Positions 18,921 through 28,109 of a stretch of DNA of 38,319 bases are shown here, one piece after another (the first letter of the stretch is position 1; each line of letters begins with the position of its first letter). The position numbers and the translations under genes were made by a program. Source of the stretch: Candidatus Heimdallarchaeota archaeon (GTDB lineage Archaea > Asgardarchaeota > Heimdallarchaeia > Heimdallarchaeales > Heimdallarchaeaceae); the NCBI GenBank assembly GCA_021399345.1, contig JAAFKI010000076.1, positions 1 to 38,319 on the forward strand, in the 5' to 3' direction. The notes beneath the pieces were generated by a model. That model was not told the origin of the DNA and did not search any database. It saw only the letters and a program-made list of their open reading frames with translations.

Positions 18921-19574
18921 ATGACCCAAGAAAAGAAAATTACTGTAAAAAAACAAGCATATTTAGTAAATGATGAAATAGCAGATAAAATTAGACACAT
19001 AATGAAGGAGAAAGACAAACTATTTTTCAATATAATGGGCAGTATAGGTGCTGGAAAGACACTTCTTCTTGAACGAATAGCTGAAAAACTAACTCCACAT
19101 TACAAGATTTTTGTTATAAATGGTGATGTAGCAACAACTATCGATGCGGATAGAATAGCCGCAAAAGGTGCTACGACTGTCCAAATTAACACAGGTGGAG
19201 GGTGTCATTTAAGTGCAAATTTAATCCAAAAGGAACTAGATAAAATAAATATTGATGATTATGATATCTTTTTTGCTGAAAACGTAGGAAATCTTATCTG
19301 TCCTGCTGCATGGGATGTGGGGGCACAAATGAATATAGTTGTGGTCAGTATAACTGAAGGTGAGTATGTAATTAAGAAGCATCCAATTATTTTCAAAGGT
19401 GCAGCTATAGCTGTGATCAATAAGTGTGATTTAGATGGATTAGGTTTTGATTCTGGTAATTTAGTTGAGGATGCTGGCAAAATCAAATCTGACATGAGGG
19501 TTATTTGTACTAGTGCAAAAACCTCTTTGGGTCTAGAATCTTTAATCGAAGCATTAGGTATACAATTACCATAG
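18921..19574 (+). CDS. hypB: hydrogenase nickel-incorporation GTPase HypB
   Basis: NIMGSIGAGKT, GDVAT..DA, QINTGGGCHL, ENVGNLICPA, SITEGE..KHP and NKCD. Confidence 0.96.
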   Translation: MTQEKKITVKKQAYLVNDEIADKIRHIMKEKDKLFFNIMGSIGAGKTLLLERIAEKLTPHYKIFVINGDVATTIDADRIAAKGATTVQINTGGGCHLSANLIQKELDKINIDDYDIFFAENVGNLICPAAWDVGAQMNIVVVSITEGEYVIKKHPIIFKGAAIAVINKCDLDGLGFDSGNLVEDAGKIKSDMRVICTSAKTSLGLESLIEALGIQLP

Positions 19575-19584
19575 GTTGAGTAAA

Positions 19585-19956
19585 ATGCATGAATATAGTC
19601 TTGCATCAGCAATAGTGGAGCAAGTAAAAAAAATTGCACTTGGACATAATGCAAGCAAAGTCAAAACTATAACAGTATCTGCTGATCCTTATGAAATGGT
19701 TATACCTGATTTACTAAAAGAAGCATATGGTATTATAACAGATGAACTTGAATTATTCAAAGATTCAAAATTGGAACTACTTATATTGCCTGCAGAAATA
19801 ATTTGCATCGATTGTGATCACAAAGGAGAGCCTTCAATAGAGGGAGATGATGAGTTTGCGTACAATTTTAAGTGTGCAAAATGTGGTTCCAGAGACACCC
19901 ATCTCAATATAAGACATCTAACTATTGAAACAGTTGATTTGGAAATCCCCGAATGA
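19585..19956 (+). CDS. hypA: hydrogenase maturation nickel metallochaperone HypA
   Basis: MHEYSLA nickel-binding N-terminus (hence start at ATG 19585 rather than TTG 19576) and two CxxC motifs (CIDC, CAKC). Confidence 0.93.
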   Translation: MHEYSLASAIVEQVKKIALGHNASKVKTITVSADPYEMVIPDLLKEAYGIITDELELFKDSKLELLILPAEIICIDCDHKGEPSIEGDDEFAYNFKCAKCGSRDTHLNIRHLTIETVDLEIPE

Positions 19957-20049
19957 AATACTCTAGCCTTTTTCTCTAGGTAGAATAATACTCTGAAAGA
20001 ATTGCAACCTTAACATAAGCGTTTTCTTAAAATATATGACTTCCATATG

Positions 20050-20057
20050 TTTAAATA
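20050..20057 (+). promoter_or_regulatory. putative TATA box for the membrane-protein/RING operon
   Basis: TTTAAATA 26 nt before the ATG at 20084, spacing compatible with a leaderless or very short-leader mRNA. Confidence 0.4.
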
Positions 20058-20083
20058 GCACATTAGTTCAGCTTACTAGATAG

Positions 20084-22660
20084 ATGAAAGCCGAAAAAGA
20101 AAAACGGATTCATTCAGTACTGTCAAATGTATTCTATTACACATTCGTTTCTCTTGTTATTGCTATTTTAATTATCTCCTTAGTTCTAGAAAATTCTGAT
20201 TTAGTTCTAAATATTCTATTTATTTCTTTGCTAGTTAGTACGGTTGTTATTGTTTTTTACTTGACAGTACAGATGTTAAGGTATAATATCAGTGTCAATA
20301 AAAAAGCACAGATAGGAATATTCCTGATTGTAGTAGGATTTTTGCTTATACTATTTTCTACAGGTAAGCAGATAACTTTAGGTGAAAATTTCATCCTAAA
20401 TATCCTTGGATCGACATTCTTTGTTTATTGGGGAATTGGTTCAATTGTAGCAGGAATAATGGTAGAATTAACCTTTTTAGATCAATTTATTTGGGATATG
20501 ATTGAAAAACCTCTGGTATTTCTCTGGAAAAAACTTGTTTCATTTGTTAAATGGTTTGTAGAACACTGGAAAAATATTGTACTCTATTCTTTGGATATAA
20601 TTTCTTTAGGTGGTATTGTAACAATTGCTATTTTATGGCCAACAGACTGGTCAACAGAATGGTGGAAAATAGTTATATTTTCAGTATGTTGTGTTTACCC
20701 TATCGTACATCACTCAAAGCGAATTTGGCGAGTGATTAAATATGTAGCGGTCGACATCTTCTATGAATTTTTCAAGACTCTATTTATTGCTCTAAAAGAA
20801 GCTCTGAAAGCAATTTGGGATAAAATCGTTTCCTTCTTTGTATTTATTGCTGAGCATTGGTGGACTATTCTTAAAGAAATTCTTCGTTTAGCAGGAGTAG
20901 CGGGTGGTGCATCATTCATTTACTATGGTTTCGATTTACCACAGTATGTCTATTTCATATGGATTGGTATTGCAGTAATTGTTTTCAGTCAATTATTTAC
21001 AAGAAAAGTGGTTCTACAGGGAATTTGGAATGCTTTTGTCAGTTTAGTTACTTTCATTTGGGATAAAATCGTTGCATTTGCTGATTTTGTATGGAGTATA
21101 ATTGATGCAATATTCTTATTCATAATCGAACATTGGTGGACTATTCTTAAAGAAATTCTCCGTTTAGCAGGAGTAGCTAGTGGTATAGTTTTGATCTATT
21201 TTGGACTTAAGCCAGGAGGTTTTGAATACTTAGTATGGTTAGGTTCAATTGCTATAATAATAAGCGAAGTGTTTACAAGAAAGGCTGTACTAAAGAAAAT
21301 CTGGGATATATTTTCTCAATTCTTTATATTCATTTGGGAAAATATCATCAAACCATATTATAAACGAATAATAAATGAGACAATCAGACTCATATTTACA
21401 GGCGCAGGTGTATTTGCACTCTATCTTGCTTTTACTGAAGGATACCAGTACTTGTTCTATGTTGGATTCCTAACAATTTTATTGGCTGAAATAATACTCA
21501 GGAAACCAGTTCTACTCAAACTAAAAGAAATAGTAGTTAATCTCTCTTTATTCTTCTGGGAAATTATACTCATTCTGAAAGAACCCTTCCTTGCTCTGTG
21601 GAATAAGTTTGTTGCATTCCTTAAGTTTTTGAAAGAGCATTGGATAAAAGTTATTCTTTACACACTAGATTTTGCTGCTTTAGTATCTATTCTTTACTTC
21701 TCTGTTACATTTGAAGCTGAACAAGCAGACACTTGGTGGCATATTCTGATTCTGACTGCTTGCAGCTTGTATATACCTTGCCATCATTACAAGACAGTTT
21801 GGAAGGTTTTGAAATTCATAGCAGTGGATATATTCTATAATCCGATTGCAAAAATTATCAGCGTAACAAAAGATTTCTTTGTGAAAATATGGGAGATAAT
21901 TGTAGAGATTTTCGCATTTATCGCTGAACATTGGTTGGTTATTCTGAAGGAGTTTATACGTTTTGTTGGGATGATAGGTGGATTTGTACTTATCATCTAT
22001 GGTGATAGAAACCGAGAATATTGGTATTGTATTATTTTAGGAGTATTTAGTGTCGTTTTCTTTCAATTACTAACTAGGAAGAAAGTTATGATCAAATTCT
22101 ACGAATTCTTCAAAGCTCTAATAGAACTATTAATTGAACGTAGAGTGCTAATCTTTAGAATTCTTGGCTTAGCAGCTGTCATTACTGGAATTGCTATTGG
22201 TTTCGAAAGAAATTGGGGATATGATGCGTATTTATCATTATCAATTGGTGGAACTTTCCTCCTATTCTCCCATTTCATTTTCCACCCTAAGAAATTTTTG
22301 GAGTTTCTTAAGAAAATTCCCGAATTTTTTAGCAATATATTTGTTACAATATGGTTGACCTTGAAGACTGTTTTTGGATATGTAGGTGATAATTTCCTGA
22401 CATTACTTTTGCTGTCAGTTGCACTTTTTAGTATAGCTTATGGATTTGATTTGCTACTTACATTTATTAAACCAGAGATTGATTTTATAGGAATATTTGA
22501 AGGCTTGGCCTTACCTATTAGGATGTTCATTGGAGCAGGATTGATAGTAATGGCTTCAGTAGCAATTATTATCCTTAGAAGGCGTGGAGAACTTAAGAAA
22601 CTAAAAACTGGGCGCTCAAAGAAACTAGCAGATCAAATTGAGGAGTTGTGGAAGAAATGA
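20084..22660 (+). CDS. large polytopic membrane protein built from internal TM-hairpin plus amphipathic-helix repeats
   Basis: 858 aa, very hydrophobic and Trp-rich; recurring EHW, LKE..R..G, FTRK.V and HH...W.V.K..AVDIFY blocks. Confidence 0.85.
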   Translation: MKAEKEKRIHSVLSNVFYYTFVSLVIAILIISLVLENSDLVLNILFISLLVSTVVIVFYLTVQMLRYNISVNKKAQIGIFLIVVGFLLILFSTGKQITLGENFILNILGSTFFVYWGIGSIVAGIMVELTFLDQFIWDMIEKPLVFLWKKLVSFVKWFVEHWKNIVLYSLDIISLGGIVTIAILWPTDWSTEWWKIVIFSVCCVYPIVHHSKRIWRVIKYVAVDIFYEFFKTLFIALKEALKAIWDKIVSFFVFIAEHWWTILKEILRLAGVAGGASFIYYGFDLPQYVYFIWIGIAVIVFSQLFTRKVVLQGIWNAFVSLVTFIWDKIVAFADFVWSIIDAIFLFIIEHWWTILKEILRLAGVASGIVLIYFGLKPGGFEYLVWLGSIAIIISEVFTRKAVLKKIWDIFSQFFIFIWENIIKPYYKRIINETIRLIFTGAGVFALYLAFTEGYQYLFYVGFLTILLAEIILRKPVLLKLKEIVVNLSLFFWEIILILKEPFLALWNKFVAFLKFLKEHWIKVILYTLDFAALVSILYFSVTFEAEQADTWWHILILTACSLYIPCHHYKTVWKVLKFIAVDIFYNPIAKIISVTKDFFVKIWEIIVEIFAFIAEHWLVILKEFIRFVGMIGGFVLIIYGDRNREYWYCIILGVFSVVFFQLLTRKKVMIKFYEFFKALIELLIERRVLIFRILGLAAVITGIAIGFERNWGYDAYLSLSIGGTFLLFSHFIFHPKKFLEFLKKIPEFFSNIFVTIWLTLKTVFGYVGDNFLTLLLLSVALFSIAYGFDLLLTFIKPEIDFIGIFEGLALPIRMFIGAGLIVMASVAIIILRRRGELKKLKTGRSKKLADQIEELWKK
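20855..21177 (+). repeat. intragenic 47-bp direct repeat (20855-20901 and 21131-21177), 1 mismatch
   Basis: cattggtggactattcttaaagaaattct[t/c]cgtttagcaggagtagc, 276 bp (92 codons) apart. Confidence 0.92.
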
Positions 22661-24198
22661 GTAAAGATAAAACCCATTTGAAACCTAAGGATCAGAAAGT
22701 TCCTGCTCTGACTACTATGTGGATAGGATTGATAGTTGGACTACTGGGGCTGATAGGAACAATGATTACTGGACTCGCTGAAAGTGAGGAATGGCTCTTC
22801 ATGTTGTTTATAGGTGTGTTAGTCGCTGGTTTCTTCATTCTCTTCTTCTCAATAATCTTGCGTCGAATTAAGAGAAAAGGTATAGATTATTTCGTTCTTG
22901 GAGCAATAACTGCATATTTAGGATTTCTCATGCTTGCTCTACCAACAGTAATTTACATAATTACATTCAAAATGGAAGATTTTGGAATCGAACCTTACAT
23001 TTTCTTTGTAATTATGGGTTTTGGTGTTCTTTTGATTATCTTTGGATTTTTCATAGAAGCCTACGATCTTAACGAGAAACTTCTAGAATTATTTAGAAGG
23101 ATAGGTGAATCCCTAAGAAAAATGCTTCAGAGAATTAAATGGAAGTTGGTATTATCTCCCTGGAATTTTTTATCGATAGCAGGAATAATAGTTATCGTTC
23201 TTACAGCTGTTGATGTATTGCCCTTGTACATCTACTACCTAATTGGAGGAGGTTTGATCTTGATAAACATCATTATTCACCTAAGAAGAGAAATAGCTGA
23301 AATGCTCAAAGATTTAGGCAAGATTTTGCTAACACTTTTACAATCATGGTGGAGAGGAATAAAATACATACCTAAACTAATAGTTAGATTAGCTAAATTT
23401 CTTTATGATCCTGAAAGATTCAAAAGAATGGTTAGGTGGGTTAAAGCTAAACTTATAGCAATCTTCACTTGGATTGGCGAAGCATTCAAATTTATCTTTG
23501 TTCGGAATTACCTTCTTCTCTTTGTTTTAGGGATAGTAATATTCTTCTTACTCTTCTATAAGGTGGATAATGTGGGCTTGGAAGTTAGTTTATCCATATC
23601 TGCTTTGGTTTGTGGAGTTGCAATAATCAAACCAATAATTGATTGGAGAGAAAATTTTGGGGAAGGGATAAGTAAAGCTAGATTATTTCTATACAAAACA
23701 GGTCAAAAATCAAAGAAAATCTTACGCATCAGAAGTATAACAAGATGTCCACATTGTATGAGACCAAATCCAATTACTAGACGAGAATGTTGGAACTGCA
23801 AGAAAGACATGCCAAGATGTTTAATCTGTAACAATATAGTCGAGAGAGAGACAGAAATTTCTAGATGTAAATCGTGCGATAATATATTCCATGTGAAGCA
23901 TTTGAAGACTTGGTTGAGATTTAACCCCAAGTGTCCAGTGTGCCATCAAGAAATGAAAAAGATAAAGACTGAAGTGTTTAAACCCCCATTAGAAGAAGAT
24001 CAAATAACAGAAAATTTTGATAAACAATCTATAGATACTATCCCTGATACTGAAGATTTAACTCAAGGAGAAATAGAGAAACTTGAAAAACTTGAAGTGG
24101 AATCAGCGTTCGTTACATGCAATCACTGTAAAAATAAAGTTTCATCAGTTGCAAAGTTCTGTTCTATTTGCGGTAATCCTATGGATCCGGAAGAATAA
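22657..24198 (+). CDS. multi-pass membrane protein with zinc ribbon, RING finger (putative E3 ligase) and terminal zinc ribbon
   Basis: About 8 hydrophobic helices, then CPHC..CWNC, then CLIC-x12-CKSC-x4-H-x2-H-LKTWL-x5-CPVC, an acidic linker and CNHC..CSIC. ATGA overlap with the upstream stop and a GAGGAG SD-like site. Confidence 0.85.
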   Translation: MSKDKTHLKPKDQKVPALTTMWIGLIVGLLGLIGTMITGLAESEEWLFMLFIGVLVAGFFILFFSIILRRIKRKGIDYFVLGAITAYLGFLMLALPTVIYIITFKMEDFGIEPYIFFVIMGFGVLLIIFGFFIEAYDLNEKLLELFRRIGESLRKMLQRIKWKLVLSPWNFLSIAGIIVIVLTAVDVLPLYIYYLIGGGLILINIIIHLRREIAEMLKDLGKILLTLLQSWWRGIKYIPKLIVRLAKFLYDPERFKRMVRWVKAKLIAIFTWIGEAFKFIFVRNYLLLFVLGIVIFFLLFYKVDNVGLEVSLSISALVCGVAIIKPIIDWRENFGEGISKARLFLYKTGQKSKKILRIRSITRCPHCMRPNPITRRECWNCKKDMPRCLICNNIVERETEISRCKSCDNIFHVKHLKTWLRFNPKCPVCHQEMKKIKTEVFKPPLEEDQITENFDKQSIDTIPDTEDLTQGEIEKLEKLEVESAFVTCNHCKNKVSSVAKFCSICGNPMDPEE

Positions 24199-24357
24199 TG
24201 GGGAAACTAAAAAAGGTATAAAGTGGTTTAGGCAAACTTCTCTCAACTTGCAGTGTTATTAATGGGCAGTTCCCACTTTGTATACATTTAAAAGCATAAA
24301 GAACAATATTTTGAATTAGAACCGTTTAGAGGTTAATATAGAAATTATCAAAGAGGT

Positions 24358-25347
24358 ATGATTATGGTAGAAGTATTAGAGTGGCCCCTAGGTAGAGGCG
24401 ACGAAATAATGTATAGACACCCTCGTGATACAATCAACTGGGGAGATCAAGTAAATGTCCTTCCAAACCAAGTAGCAGTTTTCATAAAAGATTCTGTAGT
24501 TTATGACGTGCTAAAAGGTGGAAGACACTTCATGAAAACAAAGAATATTCCACTGTTGACAACTTTCCTGTCAAGAATTGTTGGTTTTGATAAAAGTCCA
24601 TTTAATTGTCAAGTGATTTTTGTCAATCTAGCAGATTTTCAAGGAAAATTCGGTGGACGTTCACAAACACAAGAATTAGCACCTTTGCAATTCTTCGGGG
24701 ATTATTACTACAAAATTGACAATATACAAAAATTCGTTTTTGAAATCGCTGGAAATAGAAGTATTTACACGACTGCATCATTTAATGAATTTTTCAGAAC
24801 ATTTGTTGTTGAATCAGTAATCAGTAAACTTTCCGAGAAAAGCATAACAGATGTAATGTCAAATTTGGGTAAAACATCAGATTTCATTGAAGATGAAGTG
24901 AAAGGCGACCTATTAGAAATGGGAATAAAACTGAAGAACCTCAAATTCGGAGGAATCGATACAACACCTGAATATAGAGATCGTTTATTCTGGATGCGTT
25001 CTGGTGTCGCTGCACAAGATATTCAACAATACGCAGGTATGGCTAAAGTTGTAGAAAAAATGCCTGAAGGTGGTAGTGGTTTAACTGGAGCTGTTATGAT
25101 AAACAACCTTTTCTCAAGAAGCGAACTAAAACAAGCTGATAAAATAGAGAAAAAAGGTGAAGTAGAATCAGCATTCATTACTTGTAACCAATGTAAAAAC
25201 AAAGTTTCACCAGCTGCAAAATTCTGTGCTAATTGTGGAGACCCAACAGACGATGAAAAGAAGGGTGAAGTGAAGTTCTGCACTGAATGTGGAGCTAAAA
25301 ACGCACCTGATGTTAAGTTCTGTGGAAATTGTGGACATAAATACTAA
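24358..25347 (+). CDS. SPFH/Band-7 domain protein (YdjI/COG4260-type) with C-terminal double zinc ribbon
   Basis: VLEW..IMYRHP..I.WG.Q..V...QVAVF....GRH...T.NIP.L....SPF..QVIFVN, typical of the YdjI-like Band-7 subgroup; four CxxC motifs at the C-terminus. Confidence 0.88.
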   Translation: MIMVEVLEWPLGRGDEIMYRHPRDTINWGDQVNVLPNQVAVFIKDSVVYDVLKGGRHFMKTKNIPLLTTFLSRIVGFDKSPFNCQVIFVNLADFQGKFGGRSQTQELAPLQFFGDYYYKIDNIQKFVFEIAGNRSIYTTASFNEFFRTFVVESVISKLSEKSITDVMSNLGKTSDFIEDEVKGDLLEMGIKLKNLKFGGIDTTPEYRDRLFWMRSGVAAQDIQQYAGMAKVVEKMPEGGSGLTGAVMINNLFSRSELKQADKIEKKGEVESAFITCNQCKNKVSPAAKFCANCGDPTDDEKKGEVKFCTECGAKNAPDVKFCGNCGHKY

Positions 25348-25348
25348 A

Positions 25349-25378
25349 TTTCTTCCCTTTTTTTTATTTTTATTTTTG
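25349..25378 (+). terminator. putative oligo-T terminator
   Basis: Long T-rich tract (cccttttttttatttttatttttg) just after the SPFH gene stop. Confidence 0.5.
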
Positions 25379-25546
25379 TGTGTTTTCATTCCATTTTTTA
25401 GATTTCAATTACATAATAAGTATCTATAAACTAGACTTTCATTCTTTTTTTTGAATTGCTCGCTCTGTTTAGTTCCCAAAAAAAGAACTACTCCTAAAGC
25501 TTGAAATCCATATATGATTGATACTATGAAATTTGTTTTCTGCAAT

Positions 25547-26269
25547 CTAACCAACTATTTCTCTTTTAGATTGACGTTTGATATAAAGATAGGCACCAAT
25601 ACCTTGAAGACCATAAACAAAGATTTGGATGAAATTAAATAAAGTATTACCTGCTCTTCGACCTATTTTATCAAGTTCCCCTCCCTGAACAAATCCTATA
25701 ATTACTGTTATTGCTAAAGCTACTGCAGCTAGCATCAAGGCCACAAAAGAATATGCATTTATTTTAGGAAATTCCTTTTCTTTGAAGAAGACAATAATGT
25801 ATAAAATAACACTAATGAAGAAAAATACTGGAAAAATCGTTAGAAGTTTTTTATGGATGGGATAGATTGTATCTGTTGCAGCATAAGCTAATGCAAAATA
25901 AGAAATCGAACAAATAACTCCAGAAATGCTACCAAATATGCTTAACCACTTTGTAACTTTTTTCTTTCTGAAGAACCTCCAGATAACAGAGAAGTAAAGT
26001 GCTATACTTATGCAAATTAGATTTATTGCAATTATTGATAACGCACGGGATAGAGAATTAGATTCTCCATTTTGTGCTGTAAACCTTCCTAAATCACTGA
26101 TAGCATTATAAAAGAAGCTAAAACCTTCTGTTGTGGAATCACCAATACTTCCACCAGGGTAATAATATATTGATAACCCCGTTAAAATTATCCATAGAAA
26201 AGAAGAAATAGTGAGAAAAATGAAAATATATTTTTGAATATCTCTTTCAATTAAATGAATTCCTTTCAT
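25547..26269 (-). CDS. DUF998-like membrane protein (about 6 TM)
   Basis: YYPGG..FSFF.NAISDLG motif and a His after the third helix (YPIHK). Confidence 0.65.
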   Translation of the reverse strand: MKGIHLIERDIQKYIFIFLTISSFLWIILTGLSIYYYPGGSIGDSTTEGFSFFYNAISDLGRFTAQNGESNSLSRALSIIAINLICISIALYFSVIWRFFRKKKVTKWLSIFGSISGVICSISYFALAYAATDTIYPIHKKLLTIFPVFFFISVILYIIVFFKEKEFPKINAYSFVALMLAAVALAITVIIGFVQGGELDKIGRRAGNTLFNFIQIFVYGLQGIGAYLYIKRQSKREIVG

Positions 26270-26440
26270 AGATTTGCAAAATGGTTCCTTGTTAATTTAA
26301 AATTTGCTATTAGAATCTTATTTTGCTTAATTTATTCTGAATCAGAATTCTATCTTAAGAATACTAGCTTTTTGCTAATTCTCAACATATACTTTTTGAG
26401 AAATATGTATAGTTTTTTAGAAACATCAATATTATATCTT

Positions 26441-26734
26441 TTATTGTGCTCTTAATTTGTGTATAAATTCCAGATTGGTATGATCACTTTGAATTCTATC
26501 TTCAACCGGATAACATTGAACTTTAGCTGCTTCCCTAAGACTAGTTTGATTATCAAGAGAGCAATTACAAACATTTCCTTTGAAATAAGGTGTTCCTTTT
26601 TTATTAGACATTATTCCACCAGTTGAAACCTCATATTTATCTACACAATAAATGCATTCTGAGACTTCACATCTTCTGAAACGAACCCCAAATTGATTAA
26701 TGAAAATTGTTTCCTTTTCATTTTTCATCTTCAT
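26441..26734 (-). CDS. small Cys-containing hypothetical protein
   Basis: 97-aa ORF with six Cys (C..ECIYC..CNC..C) in an otherwise empty interval. Confidence 0.5.
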   Translation of the reverse strand: MKMKNEKETIFINQFGVRFRRCEVSECIYCVDKYEVSTGGIMSNKKGTPYFKGNVCNCSLDNQTSLREAAKVQCYPVEDRIQSDHTNLEFIHKLRAQ

Positions 26735-26872
26735 ACATTAGACCTAGTTCATGAACAAAAAATCTTTTTTATATACTAATGTATGACGCGGGTAAAACAT
26801 CCGACAAAACTAGTTTTACAAGCTTTGATTTTTTACATAAAGTTTAATTAAAACAAGCGTTATTGATAGTTT

Positions 26873-27970
26873 ATGGTATTCAAATGGGGACCAACATTTT
26901 ATTTGTTAGGTATAATTTTTATTGCAACAGCTTTATTTGCAATAGTAATTGGAATTACAGCAAAAAAGATCGATTTTAGTGATAGGTTGTTCAGTTTAAA
27001 AGATAGAAAAACACTGTTACCAAGGAGACCTATAAGAGACAAAGCTTCAGCTGCTTTTGAGGATTCTGAGGAAATCGAAAGCAGAAAAATGAAAAGGAAG
27101 GAAAAATCGAAAAGATCTAAAAAAAGCTTACCCTCTCCTCGTCCTTCTAGTTCGAAGAGGATGGAAGATGTTGAACCGGTTAAGGCTGGGGAATACTATG
27201 AAGAGATGGCTGATAGAGGTACATTAGCTGGTAGAGAACACGCGCCTAAATATGATGATGAAGCAGAAGAAGCCGAAATGCTAAAAGAAGAAGACGAAGT
27301 TGAAATGCTAGGTGAACGAGAAGAATCAGCAAAAATGGTTGATGAAGACACTCTTGGGGAAGCAGCTGAAAAAGAAGTATTTGAAGGGTTTTCTAGGGAT
27401 TTATCAATAATGATTCCAAAGAATATGTGTTTAGATGAGGTATTTCGTCTTAAGATAACTTTAATCCGAGATGAACAGTTTGATGACAGAGTAGTAATTG
27501 AGGAGATAACAGTTGACAAAGAATCTGCAGAGTACTTCTCAATGAATGTGACTAAATTAGGTGAAAAGGTCATTGAAGCTACCACAAGAATACATGGGTT
27601 AGAGAAAGGCGCATTGATTGTTAGACCTATTGCAATTGGTCATGTTGCATCCTTAGCACCACAACAAAGAATAGTTTATTTTCATCCTGAATTGGATGAA
27701 ATTGTGGTTGAATTCTTTATCACTCCTACTAAATGGTCAAAGGATTTAGACAGTAACATCAAAATTGAATTTGAACAGAACTATCGTATACTAAGAACAA
27801 TTGACATCCCAATAAAGATTTACAAACGTAAAATGGAAGCAATTTTCGGAATAAACATTTCCAAATGGCAAACTATTGTTTTATTTGTTTATTCTGCTCT
27901 TGGAACATTATCTGGTTTGATAAGTTTCTTCTGGGAACCATTTGATCTTTGGATTAGAAGTCTATTTTGA
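26873..27970 (+). CDS. hypothetical membrane protein: N-terminal TM, charged disordered linker, beta-rich domain, C-terminal TM
   Basis: Hydrophobic residues ~8-30, Lys/Arg/Ser-rich then Glu-rich low-complexity segment, alternating beta-strand pattern, hydrophobic C-terminus. Confidence 0.75.
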   Translation: MVFKWGPTFYLLGIIFIATALFAIVIGITAKKIDFSDRLFSLKDRKTLLPRRPIRDKASAAFEDSEEIESRKMKRKEKSKRSKKSLPSPRPSSSKRMEDVEPVKAGEYYEEMADRGTLAGREHAPKYDDEAEEAEMLKEEDEVEMLGEREESAKMVDEDTLGEAAEKEVFEGFSRDLSIMIPKNMCLDEVFRLKITLIRDEQFDDRVVIEEITVDKESAEYFSMNVTKLGEKVIEATTRIHGLEKGALIVRPIAIGHVASLAPQQRIVYFHPELDEIVVEFFITPTKWSKDLDSNIKIEFEQNYRILRTIDIPIKIYKRKMEAIFGINISKWQTIVLFVYSALGTLSGLISFFWEPFDLWIRSLF

Positions 27971-28109
27971 GTATCGTAATCGCTCCTTTTTCTTTCTTTT
28001 TTACAACAGCTTTTAATAGAGCATTCTTTGAAATTATGGAGAAAAATATGGTCTTTGCTGTGAATTAAACACTTACTTATGTAATTTACACCAAAAAGAG
28101 TTGCGTGAA

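Noticed and set aside
18921-19956. hypB/hypA as part of the downstream membrane/RING system or of a hydrogenase operon
   Set aside because: No hydrogenase subunits here; a 127-bp gap with its own TATA-like box separates them from 20084; dispersed hyp genes are ordinary in archaea.
26255-26455. Short ORFs such as 26255..26455, 34811..35005 and other overlapping ORFs under 135 aa
   Set aside because: No motifs; they overlap better-supported genes or lie in low-complexity intergenic DNA.
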